64,000 nt of DNA from a virus (IMGVR_UViG_3300039165_000048:1-64000); one strand, 5' to 3'. Positions 18,736-28,434 are shown, counted from the stretch's first letter. Notes: generated by a model not told the origin, from the letters alone. Numbers and translations are program-made.

Positions 18736-19209
18736 CTAATAATGAACGGATTTATTGGAGTCAGCCTTACTCATCACACAATCACTTGAAATCACGGCAT
18801 ACTTTATATTACCATCGTCTTTCTTGATTTCAACGACCAAGTGGCAATCCTTATTGTTGCCATTTTCTTTTTCTACATATTGCAAAATAGTGCCGACTTC
18901 CTGTTGACTACCATTCATGAATGATATAGTGTCGCCTACATCAGGTACCCAATCCACTGATATACACGGTTCTAGAGAACTTGGTGGAAACGAATGTTCG
19001 GTGTAACCGTTATTTATATATATTCGAATAACAGGACCTCTTTTATCATCATCTTGTTGTGCTAACCACATTCCCATTACGCGTCCTACTTTACCAATAA
19101 ATTTATTAGCAATATCTGGCAATAACGGTACCCAACCTTCTTCTGTTCGGTCCTTAACTACAATCACTTTCATACCAAGTTTAATGTCTTCTAACTTCAT
19201 ACTGGTCAT
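18736..19209 (-). CDS. Hypothetical protein, possibly tandem SH3/KOW-like beta domains
   Basis: IKLGMKVIV..GKVGRV and PDVGDTISF..VGTI patterns. Confidence 0.6.
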   Translation of the reverse strand: MTSMKLEDIKLGMKVIVVKDRTEEGWVPLLPDIANKFIGKVGRVMGMWLAQQDDDKRGPVIRIYINNGYTEHSFPPSSLEPCISVDWVPDVGDTISFMNGSQQEVGTILQYVEKENGNNKDCHLVVEIKKDDGNIKYAVISSDCVMSKADSNKSVHY

Positions 19210-19229
19210 CTCCTAGTTATCTTTTTCCA

Positions 19230-19294
19230 CCCTCAAACAAAAGAAACAAAACAGCAAACGCTGTCTTGTTGTCCTTTGCCTGTTTTGTTGGGCA
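19230..19294 (-). ncRNA. Structured 5' leader hairpin (family member 3)
   Basis: GCCC-AACAAAA-CAGGCAAAGGA..ACAAGACAGC-GTTT-GCTGTTTTGT.TTCTTTTGTTTG-AGGG; follows the promoter at 19316-19332. Confidence 0.55.
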
Positions 19295-19315
19295 TATACT
19301 ATACTATTGCTAAAG

Positions 19316-19357
19316 TATTTAAAGGTTTTGGTAGCTATTACCAAAACGTATTTATAC
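19316..19357. promoter_or_regulatory. Back-to-back BRE-TATA promoters
   Basis: TATTTAAAGGTTTTGGT...ACCAAAACGTATTTATAC; the same arrangement recurs near 50907, 57701 and 63456. Confidence 0.7.
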
Positions 19358-19379
19358 AACAACCACTAAACAAAGTATT

Positions 19380-19793
19380 ATGAAAATGATTCAAGCTGAT
19401 CAGATATTACAGAAAATTCCACCATTCTTAGAAAGCGACGTAAACGATAAAATAATAATATCTGTGTCTATTTCACCAACGAATATAAAATACATAAGTT
19501 ATGTAAGAATAAATAAATTTAACAGTACACTAACGTTTCGTGGTTGTCGATCACATCAAAATCAAATTTACAATTGGGCGGATAGTTATAACGCAGGAAT
19601 TTCTGTATTAGATTTGATTAATAAGGAATATAAAAAATTAACTTCTGATGGTTTTAAGGTAACATACTATATAATAGAATCCAAAAAAGAACTTAAAACT
19701 TTCATGCGAAGAAACAATATAGAAAACGGTTTATTGGGAATTGAATTATTCGAAGTTTGGAATAAACTCAAAGAAAACAAAAACATTAAATAA
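19380..19793 (+). CDS. Hypothetical protein (possible member of the NPxxxIP paralog family)
   Basis: Leaderless start after the promoter; KIPPFLESDVNDKIIISV. Confidence 0.6.
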   Translation: MKMIQADQILQKIPPFLESDVNDKIIISVSISPTNIKYISYVRINKFNSTLTFRGCRSHQNQIYNWADSYNAGISVLDLINKEYKKLTSDGFKVTYYIIESKKELKTFMRRNNIENGLLGIELFEVWNKLKENKNIK

Positions 19794-20241
19794 AATAATG
19801 AAATATCGCACAAGCTATAAGTATAACTGATATTAATACTACTTCCAATACAAACAACACATAACATATCCCAAACAGTGTGGAATCGGAATCAGTTGTC
19901 ATGTTTTCCTCTCGTATTCGTATTCAAGTTCGGACATTGATATTGAATGATTAGGACCGAATCGATTTCGCACTGCCTGGTAAATGGCTTCACGGTCTTG
20001 CCTTCGCAATGCCCTAAATTCCGGTCTTTGGAATTCCACGAGCCTGGTTTGTTTCATAGCAACCTTCTTATAATACTAGTATGACCACATTCAATATTAT
20101 GCCAACAATTGTACCGACAACGCATTTCAAACAAAATACATCATTTTCTTCCATTTTACATCACCTCACTTTTTACCAATTACTAATAGTACTTACTAGA
20201 ATAAATAGTTTACGGCTGAAAAAAATATGTTATTGTAATTA

Positions 20242-20418
20242 TTATTTTGTTATTATTACTGGTTCTTCGAATATGTCTCTACTTAATGATATTTGTTTAT
20301 TTATGCTTTCCATGAAGTCGACCAAATAACTTATTGTTTCGTCATATGTTCTGCCATTTTTAATATTATCTAATCGATCCTTTGTTGAATCACTCAACTT
20401 GATTGTTTTTGTCATCAT
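20242..20418 (-). CDS. Ribbon-helix-helix (CopG/VapB-like) DNA-binding protein
   Basis: Translated by hand: MMTKTIKLSDSTKDRLDNIKNGRTYDETISYLVDFMESINKQISLSRDIFEEPVIITK, which fits the archaeal RHH pattern KTIxLSxxTKxRL..K....YDExI..L; palindrome at 20441-20466 upstream. Confidence 0.7.
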   Translation of the reverse strand: MMTKTIKLSDSTKDRLDNIKNGRTYDETISYLVDFMESINKQISLSRDIFEEPVIITK

Positions 20419-20577
20419 TTATATATTCCACCTTATTTTATTAGTATACTATAGTAAGTATACTAAAATCATAGTATTTATAGTTTTTGCCTGATTTACA
20501 TTGATTTTCATTGACTTACTATATTTATAGAAATTATTAATATATTTATACAGTTTTTTTAAAAAACCAATATCTAT

Positions 20578-20720
20578 TACTTATACTTATACTTATACTT
20601 ACTTATACTTTATACTTACGTAATATAGTAGTAATATAGTAGTAATATAGTAGTAATATAGTAGTAATATAGTAAATATAGTTAGTAGTTATTGATTATA
20701 TAGTAATATAGTAGTTATAG
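20578..20720. repeat. Tandem short repeats (CTTATA)n and 11-bp (GTAATATAGTA)x5; candidate origin or iteron region
   Basis: Visible directly; very AT-rich, non-coding, at a point where transcription diverges. Confidence 0.8.
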
Positions 20721-20952
20721 TAAAAAATATAAAGAGCTTAAAACTTTAGTAGTATAGTAAAAGTTTTTACCGTATTACCTTATTAGACAATTTACGGGTA
20801 TTGGTTTTTGGAAAATTTTGCAATAGGGTATGGATAATTTTTAGGACGTTTACGGCCGAACCAGGTAGAAAGCCCACGATCTTTAGTCGTGGGATGAATG
20901 CCGTACGTTCTCCACAAAGCTTATATAGATGGCAAGCGTATAACATCTTAGC

Positions 20953-21354
20953 ATGGTAAGTACACGATGGACACATAGTACAACCACCGTCTATAACATC
21001 GGATACCACATTATTTGGTGCCCTAAATATAGACGGAAGGTTCTTGTTGATGTTGTAGAGGAAATGCTGAAACTTCTCCTCTACAAAAAGGCATACGAGA
21101 TAGGTATCTCCATTGAAGAAATGCAGATTATGCCAGACCACGTTCATCTATTTGTCAAAGCACCACCAACCGCAAGCCCACATTGGATAGTTCAACAACT
21201 GAAGGGCTATACTTCCCATGAATTGAGAATGCAATTCACGTCGTTGAAAACCAGGCTTCCCACCCTGTGGACTCGCAGCTACTACATTGAATCTTGTGGG
21301 CATATCTCGGAAGATACCGTCCGAAAGTACATCGAGGAGCAAAAGAAGAAATGA
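20953..21354 (+). CDS. tnpA: IS200-type HUH (Y1) transposase TnpA
   Basis: YHIIWCPKYRR, MPDHVHLF (HUH), KGYTS, LWTRSYY, YIEEQ. Confidence 0.95.
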   Translation: MVSTRWTHSTTTVYNIGYHIIWCPKYRRKVLVDVVEEMLKLLLYKKAYEIGISIEEMQIMPDHVHLFVKAPPTASPHWIVQQLKGYTSHELRMQFTSLKTRLPTLWTRSYYIESCGHISEDTVRKYIEEQKKK

Positions 21355-22358
21355 TCCTAACCTACAAAATCAAGCATGGTAGGGACTTCTCAGATGAACT
21401 GAGAAAGGCTAGGAAGGTGGCAAAGTTTGCTATCCAGACTCATAGCCTTAGCTCCAAGGATGTCAAGCATATTGGTTTGAAATCGATGATCTCTAACCAG
21501 ATTCTCAGAAAGTATAGCCGAAGCAATACCGCCAAATCTGTTAAGAGTGTCAAACTCGCAGTACCTAACCAGGGAATCAAAGTGGATCGAGATACAAAGA
21601 CCATATCGGCACCATGCTTGAAGCTTTCACTAAAATATGAGTTTCCTGATAACTTTGAGAAGGTCAATCAAATCGAAGTTGGCGAGGAATATGCCTATGT
21701 TTCAGTGTCCATTCAAGAAACAGAACTCATTAAGGCTGAGAAATGGATAGGGGTAGATCGAAACACCGTAGGACATATAGCCGTAGTTGCTGATCCCGAA
21801 AGTGGCAAGGTCATCAAGCTCGGAAAGTCCGCTCTCCACATCCATCAGAAATACAAGAACATTCGCAAAGGACTTCAGAAGAAAGGCAAATATGGCAAAG
21901 TCAAACAACTCAAGGATCGGGAAAGTCGAATAGTCAAGGATATCAACCACAAGGTATCCAGAAAGATCGTTGATACTGCCAAAGAAACTGGCAAAGGTAT
22001 CAAACTTGAAGATCTAACCGGAATCAGGAACGGCAAGCATAACTCAAAATCATTCCGCTATGCTAAGAACAGTTGGTCATTCTATCAAATCCAAAGCCAG
22101 ATAGAATATAAGGCTAAGCTGCTTGGTGTAGAAGTCGCTTATGTTGATCCGGCATATACTTCAAAATCATGCAGTAGATGCGGACTCATCGGAGACAGGA
22201 ACAAAAAGAATTTCAAGTGTCCTCATTGTGGGCACGTTGATCATGCTGACAGCAATGCGGGATTCAATATCGCAAAGCGTCCGTGCATAGATCGATTGCA
22301 TACAGACAGGGATGTATGCAAAGGGACCACTGATAGCCCTAAAGTTGCTCTGGCTTGA
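21351..22358 (+). CDS. tnpB: TnpB RNA-guided endonuclease
   Basis: RuvC-I IGVDRN, RuvC-II LEDL, YTSKSCSRCG..CPHCG Zn finger, HADSNAGFNI; ATG21351 overlaps the tnpA stop. Confidence 0.93.
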   Translation: MILTYKIKHGRDFSDELRKARKVAKFAIQTHSLSSKDVKHIGLKSMISNQILRKYSRSNTAKSVKSVKLAVPNQGIKVDRDTKTISAPCLKLSLKYEFPDNFEKVNQIEVGEEYAYVSVSIQETELIKAEKWIGVDRNTVGHIAVVADPESGKVIKLGKSALHIHQKYKNIRKGLQKKGKYGKVKQLKDRESRIVKDINHKVSRKIVDTAKETGKGIKLEDLTGIRNGKHNSKSFRYAKNSWSFYQIQSQIEYKAKLLGVEVAYVDPAYTSKSCSRCGLIGDRNKKNFKCPHCGHVDHADSNAGFNIAKRPCIDRLHTDRDVCKGTTDSPKVALA

Positions 22359-22506
22359 ATCCAGCTAACAACAGAACCCCAGGTGCTTTAGCCCTGGGAG
22401 TATGTCAGTGATAACGGTTTTTCGTGTAATAGGATTTACTGTACTTTAGAAGATTTTGATGTATCCAATACCAAAAAGCTTAAATACGATCATAGTGTTT
22501 TATAAT

Positions 22507-22572
22507 GTGCCCAACAAACACCGGAAAGCCAGGAGACAAGATTTTCCTTGTTTCCTAACTTTTCGATGAGGG
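22507..22572 (+). ncRNA. Structured 5' leader hairpin (family member 4)
   Basis: GTGCCC-AACAAAC..CGGAAAG..AGGAGACAAG-ATTTTC-CTTGTTTCCT..CTTTTCG..GAGGG after the promoter at 22470. Confidence 0.55.
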
Positions 22573-22579
22573 AAATGAG

Positions 22580-22822
22580 GTGACTAAAATGCAATCAACT
22601 GAGGAAGAAAGGTATCAACGTTCCAAAGCATCATATGAAAGAAATGGGTGGAGGATTGTCGAAAATGATATTGAAAAACCTTATAAAATATGTCCAGTAA
22701 TTCAAAGGGCTTGCATAAAAGAACAATGTCTTGCATATATAATTTCTGGGTTTTTTGATGGTGAAAGAGATCAAATGTGCTATAAATATAAATGCAGTAT
22801 ATTGAATGTAGTGTTGGGATAG
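22580..22822 (+). CDS. Hypothetical Cys-containing protein
   Basis: CP....C....C motif; first gene after the leader hairpin. Confidence 0.6.
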   Translation: MTKMQSTEEERYQRSKASYERNGWRIVENDIEKPYKICPVIQRACIKEQCLAYIISGFFDGERDQMCYKYKCSILNVVLG

Positions 22823-23071
22823 GTGATGCGCGTGAAAACAGACGTTGAATTGGCGCAAATAGGATACACATGCGAAGGGGTGGGGCATATTTTGCAGGCT
22901 TCGGGCATTTCCTCAGAAGCCCTGGCGGTTAGGCAAGAAATCGCCAATCTGATGAGATTGACTGCAGATATGCTCGAATCACAAAAGTTTGATATTAACG
23001 TTCCAAAGCGGGCGAAAGCTTTTGCAATGACAATGTGTGAACTGGGGGCTCTCGATGACCACAAAAGATGA
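22823..23071 (+). CDS. Hypothetical protein
   Basis: Adjacent ORF in the same operon. Confidence 0.55.
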   Translation: MMRVKTDVELAQIGYTCEGVGHILQASGISSEALAVRQEIANLMRLTADMLESQKFDINVPKRAKAFAMTMCELGALDDHKR

Positions 23072-23315
23072 GATAAAGAAATTGCTCGCGGAAACAGAAG
23101 CCAAAATTCGAGATCCGTCTACTTCAGGAACCGAATGTAATTTGGTTATCTTAGATTTCGCGGATCAGGTGTCGTTGAAGCTTCCAAAGCTCTTCTTGGA
23201 ATATGAGAAACTGGAAAAAGAACTAGAATCCAGCAGATCGTATTGTAGATGGTTAGACAAGCAGTATCACGCTGCCCATGAAAACGCAATAAAGACATTG
23301 AAGGGAGTACCATGA
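23037..23315 (+). CDS. Hypothetical coiled-coil protein
   Basis: Adjacent ORF in the same operon; true start probably MTTKDE. Confidence 0.55.
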   Translation: MNWGLSMTTKDEIKKLLAETEAKIRDPSTSGTECNLVILDFADQVSLKLPKLFLEYEKLEKELESSRSYCRWLDKQYHAAHENAIKTLKGVP

Positions 23316-23361
23316 AACTAGGAATTTGGCCGTTTGGCAATAAAAGCAACGAAAACAAAGA

Positions 23362-23802
23362 ATGCGTAGTAATAAAAACATGCCACTTGAGCAAGTATCT
23401 TGTGATATTTTGAAGGAAGAAATTGCAAGAAGAAAGAAAGAAAACCACGATAGGCGAGTCCGGGAAGCCAATGCAAAAGCAGACAAAGTAGACAAGCTCA
23501 TTGATGAACTATGTAATGAAATAATGCCAGTTATTGGAAAAAATACTTCTAACTCAACGTACAAGGAAACCATTATTAGAGAATTGGCAAGTTGTGTAAT
23601 GGAGTCAATAGAAAGATATAGTTATTATTATTATCATAGATATCCAAGTGAAAGAAATGACAACATGGAAACTATTTTGGATTACATTAATAGAACCATA
23701 GATGAAGTAGACCACGATGCCATCCACATAGCAAGTATTTTCAAATACATGAAAGCAGAATATCGAAAAACACTTCTTGCAAACATTAAAGAGGAATGCT
23801 AG
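23362..23802 (+). CDS. Hypothetical protein
   Basis: 146-aa ORF in the operon. Confidence 0.6.
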   Translation: MRSNKNMPLEQVSCDILKEEIARRKKENHDRRVREANAKADKVDKLIDELCNEIMPVIGKNTSNSTYKETIIRELASCVMESIERYSYYYYHRYPSERNDNMETILDYINRTIDEVDHDAIHIASIFKYMKAEYRKTLLANIKEEC

Positions 23803-24128
23803 CTAGGTGGTCACATTGAAAATTTTTGGTAATCCAAGAATTAAGATTCCGCAAATATTGGAAACCGAACCGAACTAGAAAAATTGGGAGCGAAAATATT
23901 TTCCCCTAAACCCTAATTTTTCAGCATTTAGTTTATATACTAGAGTCCGAAATCGCGGGGAAATCGATGCAAAAACCTACGATCTTTTTTATTTAATATC
24001 AAAACTACTGCCTAAATTAAAACTGATTTTAAGCGCTTAAAACGTTTATATAGCAAAGTAATTATTAAAAAACGTTTATAATAATAGCTACCAAAAGTTA
24101 TAAATAAAGGCAAAACTAACAGTTCGTT

Positions 24129-24575
24129 ATGAAAGATACAATTAAATTAATTCTTGAAGACGTAGACAAAATACCCAAGGACTTTCATGAATTAAAGGAC
24201 ATGCTAGAACAATTGGAAAATCCAAACGAAAAAATGCATATCGATGATATTTATAAATTCAAAAATCCGATGTTAAAAATTCCTAACATTTCGGAGGACA
24301 TAACCAAACAAATAATATTAGTTCATACAATTACATGTTATTCAAAATTCATAGGTATTGTGGTGAAGGTTTGCGAAAACGTATATGTGATAAAGGGAAC
24401 GCGAATCATAAATTCCCGCCATGATCCAGACATAACAACATGGTTAACTACAGGACATTCAATACTAGACACAATATCAAAATTTCGAATTGCCATGGGC
24501 GATAATTATGTAATGTTTTATGTAATAAGAAATAAGGAAGAAATGCTATGTGTCTTGAATGAATTGTTGCAATAA
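24129..24575 (+). CDS. Hypothetical protein (NPxxxIP paralog family)
   Basis: FKNPMLKIPNISEDITKQIILVH; promoter at 24090. Confidence 0.65.
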   Translation: MKDTIKLILEDVDKIPKDFHELKDMLEQLENPNEKMHIDDIYKFKNPMLKIPNISEDITKQIILVHTITCYSKFIGIVVKVCENVYVIKGTRIINSRHDPDITTWLTTGHSILDTISKFRIAMGDNYVMFYVIRNKEEMLCVLNELLQ

Positions 24576-24702
24576 CCAAAACTTATGAATACCAAAGCAA
24601 ACAATAAACCACATATGCAAGTCATAACTAATCCAAACAAAACGATACCTAACATTAATGAAGATACGGAATCTGAGTTCATTGTGGGAGTGTGAAAACT
24701 AA

Positions 24703-25206
24703 ATGACAAAGTCTATGGTAACGTTACAAGACTTGCAAAAAATAGATTCAACGATCCAGGAAATTAACAACCCATATAAAGAAATACCAAACATAAATGA
24801 AGACGATGATAGTAGAACGGTTATTTGTGTTGTTTATGTATATAAAAATTTATATTGCAAGACAATGGTGAATACAAAAAGAGGAGGTTTTGCCTGGATA
24901 TATGGAACCAGTTTTTTAGATAATGATTATACAGGACATGACTTATGTATTGAATCAAAATCAAAAATCGGCCTCATGAAATCCAAATATGAATTATATA
25001 ACTTATGTATTACATCTATATGCGGTCCTTGTAAGTTTTTTGTATGTGACACAAATAAAGCAAAAAAAATAGTGAAATTTATATACTATGGACGTGATAC
25101 ACATTACGGTGAAATTACAACGTATGCATTATTATTTGTATGGTTTGTATGGTGCTGTATAGTACTTTTTGAGTTGTTTGGTGGTGTCCAATTTGCAAGT
25201 ATTTAA
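24703..25206 (+). CDS. Hypothetical protein (NPxxxIP family) with C-terminal TM
   Basis: NNPYKEIPNINEDDDSRTVICVV; hydrophobic C-terminus. Confidence 0.6.
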   Translation: MTKSMVTLQDLQKIDSTIQEINNPYKEIPNINEDDDSRTVICVVYVYKNLYCKTMVNTKRGGFAWIYGTSFLDNDYTGHDLCIESKSKIGLMKSKYELYNLCITSICGPCKFFVCDTNKAKKIVKFIYYGRDTHYGEITTYALLFVWFVWCCIVLFELFGGVQFASI

Positions 25207-25266
25207 TAAACCAGATAAAGTATTTCACGTTAATGAAGACAATGATAGTAATTAGTAGGTGACATA

Positions 25267-25584
25267 ATGATAACATTCAAGAATCCCCAGGAAAAAATTT
25301 ATGACCTGGAAAATCTAGATGATAAAATAGTGCTGGTCCATGTGAATACACCATATAATGAAAATTATTATGGAATTGTACAAAAACATTCATTCAATGA
25401 TTATAAAATAAAAGGCGGCACAATAGGTAAAGGCAACGATGATATACACATATGGGGACTTACTGGAAAAACAGTTCTAGATATTCTTACAGAGTATTAC
25501 AATAATTCTATTGGAAGTAGATATGAATATACTTTCTATATTATAGAAGAAATGTCAGAACTTGGAGAAGTACTAAAAGTATAA
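25267..25584 (+). CDS. Hypothetical protein (NPxxxIP family)
   Basis: FKNPQEKIYDLENLDDKIVLVHV..YYGIV; GGTGA RBS. Confidence 0.65.
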   Translation: MITFKNPQEKIYDLENLDDKIVLVHVNTPYNENYYGIVQKHSFNDYKIKGGTIGKGNDDIHIWGLTGKTVLDILTEYYNNSIGSRYEYTFYIIEEMSELGEVLKV

Positions 25585-25604
25585 AAAAATCATTACGACT
25601 GGTG

Positions 25605-27212
25605 TTAGCCTGTCCAGCCGCCTCCAGTTCTTATAACTCTTTTTGGAATCCTTGTTGGAATAGAAACATTATTAGTAAACGTTGATAGGTAAAACAAAGC
25701 CTGTGTCATGCTATCAACCTGGTCGTCGTTTTTTCCAACCGGGAACGATGCAACTTCTTCCAAAAAATCATGTATCCAATCGGCGTTTTGTGGCATAGGT
25801 AACCATACGTTACCGGCTTCCACGTATGGTGTAATTGCGCGTGCCCTAACTACCTTTCCGCCTTGTGGTTCGACGGGAATAAGACCGGGTACAGACCGTT
25901 TTAACATAGTTATTATCGCAGGACCATTCGCCTTATCTTCTATGAGTTTTGCGGAAGATGTCGGCCATTTCGTTGAAAGCGTTGTAATACTTTGCATAGT
26001 GGCAATGACGTCCATTTGGGCACGAACCTGATCAAGTAAATAGAAGTCGGATTTTTTTCTTCCCCATACTTGACCGACGACATAATCAGTGTCTTCCGCA
26101 TCTTTGAAAGTGCAATCCCATGATTGTATTATGATATCCATATGGGGTTCGAGGTCTTTTGGTTTTTGGATGTAGAATTGGTTTTTGTGGGTTGGATCGA
26201 TGTCACCGGGTATTCCCCACCAGCCCCTATTAAATATGGCACCGCCCGATGGACTAGGATGCTGTTGGTAAAGTGACGCCCAAGTATAAGAACCGGCGCT
26301 AATTTTAGTAGCTTCCAATTCCTCAGCATTTCCGAAACGTTCGGGCCATAACGCTTCGCCGACTTGCCGTGGATCTTGTGGTTCCAGTGGATATTCAGCG
26401 ATCATTGGGAATTTTAATACTGTCCATTGTTCCGCTTTCGGATTAGATGCTGCTAACGCAAGGAGTCGACCGGACAAATCGTCTTCGTGCCACCTAGTTT
26501 GCGTGATCAATATACGGGCATCCATATTAAGTCGTCTAGTATAAAAGTCGTCTTTGTACCAATTATAGATACCGTTGCGAATGGTTTCTGATTCAGCGTC
26601 TTTCCTGCCACGAATTGGGTCATCAATAATACCATAAAAGAATCTTTTACCAGTGATAGATCCACCAACACCAGCGCACTTATAATAACCTACATGGTTT
26701 ACAATTTCAAAATTTTCAGTATTTCGTTGGTATGATCCGGATGTTGATATTGTTTTTACGTTTTTGCCGGATAGCAAAGTTTCTGGGAAAAGTTCGCGAT
26801 ATAAGTCATCGTCTATAATTCGCTGGACGTCTCTATTCATGTCGGATGCGAGTGAAGCAGAATAACTTGTGGCCATTATACCAATGTCGGGATTCTTGCC
26901 GAAGATCCAGGCGGGCAATCTTCTGGAAACCAATTCAGACTTACCGCTACCGGGCGGTAGAAAAATCATAAGTCGTTTTATGTCGCCAAATGCCCAGCGT
27001 TCCAAGTAATCACATATGATCTTGTGGTGCCAATTAACAGAATAATCTGGTTTTGTGTATAAGGTAAAGTCTAGTAAGTGTCTTCTTGCTTTTGCTTTTT
27101 GTATTGCAATGTCTCCTCTTTCTCCAAGTAACCAGGGAGCAATGTCACCACTAGGGGTTAAGATCGGCGACTTCAATACAGGAAGTGGATTTTCAAGTTT
27201 TGTTTTTTTCAT
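25605..27212 (-). CDS. terL: Terminase large subunit
   Basis: Walker A PPGSGKSEL, GVGGSITG, Walker B IIDDP, TRWHEDDL, nuclease SWD, IEDKANG, FPVGKNDDQVD. Start revised to ATG27212 (track 27311). Confidence 0.93.
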   Translation of the reverse strand: MKKTKLENPLPVLKSPILTPSGDIAPWLLGERGDIAIQKAKARRHLLDFTLYTKPDYSVNWHHKIICDYLERWAFGDIKRLMIFLPPGSGKSELVSRRLPAWIFGKNPDIGIMATSYSASLASDMNRDVQRIIDDDLYRELFPETLLSGKNVKTISTSGSYQRNTENFEIVNHVGYYKCAGVGGSITGKRFFYGIIDDPIRGRKDAESETIRNGIYNWYKDDFYTRRLNMDARILITQTRWHEDDLSGRLLALAASNPKAEQWTVLKFPMIAEYPLEPQDPRQVGEALWPERFGNAEELEATKISAGSYTWASLYQQHPSPSGGAIFNRGWWGIPGDIDPTHKNQFYIQKPKDLEPHMDIIIQSWDCTFKDAEDTDYVVGQVWGRKKSDFYLLDQVRAQMDVIATMQSITTLSTKWPTSSAKLIEDKANGPAIITMLKRSVPGLIPVEPQGGKVVRARAITPYVEAGNVWLPMPQNADWIHDFLEEVASFPVGKNDDQVDSMTQALFYLSTFTNNVSIPTRIPKRVIRTGGGWTG

Positions 27213-27268
27213 GGTAGCGCAACCAAAAACTATTAATATGCGTAAGCGTAATGTTAACTTGGTGATGG

Positions 27269-27613
27269 ATGTTGAAAATGATAAAGCCTGATGCAAATGG
27301 CGCATTCCCAATAATTAATGATGACCTTGATAGTAAGATTATTGTAGTGGTTGATGAATATAACGAGGAAAGATTACCGGTATCATATTTTCTGCTGGAG
27401 AACCAAAGCAAAGTACTTTATCATATACCGTCTATGAATGTTGTAAATACTCACGTGAACTTATGTCGAACTGAATTAAGTGATTATCAGAATTTGTTTA
27501 GGATACTGGGTTCGAAATATAAACCATTGTGGGCAACTACCCATTTTATTATATTTGATAGTGTATATGAATACAATGATTGGAAAGCGAAGACTATTTA
27601 CATGAGGGAGTAA
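27269..27613 (+). CDS. Hypothetical protein
   Basis: Promoter ACCAAAAACTATTAATA near 27222. Confidence 0.55.
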   Translation: MLKMIKPDANGAFPIINDDLDSKIIVVVDEYNEERLPVSYFLLENQSKVLYHIPSMNVVNTHVNLCRTELSDYQNLFRILGSKYKPLWATTHFIIFDSVYEYNDWKAKTIYMRE

Positions 27614-27957
27614 TCATGGATACCTATAAACTAGATAGTAATGGCATATTAAAGATTATTAATTTTGATAAATATGAATATATAGTAATGGTTTCTAGTA
27701 TTGTTATATTCAATGTATATAAATTAACATTTTATCACAAAATAGATAAAAATGGTAATATAATTAATTTACATAGTGGAGATGGTTTCAATATAGGATG
27801 TGACTATGATTTACAACATTTGGTAAGTAGTTTTATGAATGCTAATTCAGAGTGTCTTTTATTTAAAAATCGCATAGAATTCCTTGAATGGATCAAAAAA
27901 CAGCCAGGATTAAAAAATGGTGTATTCTACAGAAAAAATATTATGTCGGCTGACTAG
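27580..27957 (+). CDS. Hypothetical protein
   Basis: True start probably MDTYK, after a GGAG RBS. Confidence 0.55.
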   Translation: MESEDYLHEGVIMDTYKLDSNGILKIINFDKYEYIVMVSSIVIFNVYKLTFYHKIDKNGNIINLHSGDGFNIGCDYDLQHLVSSFMNANSECLLFKNRIEFLEWIKKQPGLKNGVFYRKNIMSAD

Positions 27958-28144
27958 TTTCTAGAATGTTCTCCCAGTCAAACTTTATTACATTAAGGTA
28001 TATTTTTCCGAGGCCATTTTTTTCACAATCAACACATACCTGGAAGTCTTTTAGGTGTTCCATAAGTTTTTTTCCAGAAAGTTGCTTTTCCACAGAAACA
28101 ATTGTTTCTTTATGGCAAGCAGGACATTTTAAAAAAATTTTCAT
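27941..28144 (-). CDS. Small Zn-ribbon protein
   Basis: CPAC...CVDC. Confidence 0.6.
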   Translation of the reverse strand: MKIFLKCPACHKETIVSVEKQLSGKKLMEHLKDFQVCVDCEKNGLGKIYLNVIKFDWENILETSQPT

Positions 28145-28155
28145 TTCAAGGCTTC

Positions 28156-28434
28156 CTAAATAATTTTCCCGGATTCTAGGTCAGATAGAATCTTTTTATT
28201 GTGATCGGCAACGTTGCTTTCAGTTGTGATGCCACAGCCGCCTTCACAAGTACAAGTTTTTTTATTTTTTCTTTCCAGCAACTTCATAGAAATCAATGAT
28301 GTTATAAAACATATGTTGGTATCAAGTTCTATGATGGCATGTGATAAGTTAGATTTTTTTTCTATTAATTCGTCGAGGGCGGTGGCAAGTTCCTCGGCAG
28401 TCATGTCTAGTTCTGGTATGTTTTCTTTGAACAT
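28156..28434 (-). CDS. Hypothetical protein
   Basis: Adjacent ORF in the same operon. Confidence 0.55.
   Translation of the reverse strand: MFKENIPELDMTAEELATALDELIEKKSNLSHAIIELDTNICFITSLISMKLLERKNKKTCTCEGGCGITTESNVADHNKKILSDLESGKII

Larger units (their letters stand above)
20854..22407 (+). mobile_element. IS200/IS605-family element (tnpA + tnpB)
   Basis: Left-end hairpin CCCACGATCTTTAGTCGTGGG; right-end hairpin CCCAGGTGCTTTAGCCCTGGG then AGTATGTCA; end coordinates approximate. Confidence 0.9.

Noticed and set aside
20578-20720. CRISPR array
   Set aside because: The repeats are 6-11 bp and directly adjacent, with no unique spacers.
20767-21147. 126-aa ORF antisense to tnpA
   Set aside because: Shadow of the IS left end and tnpA.
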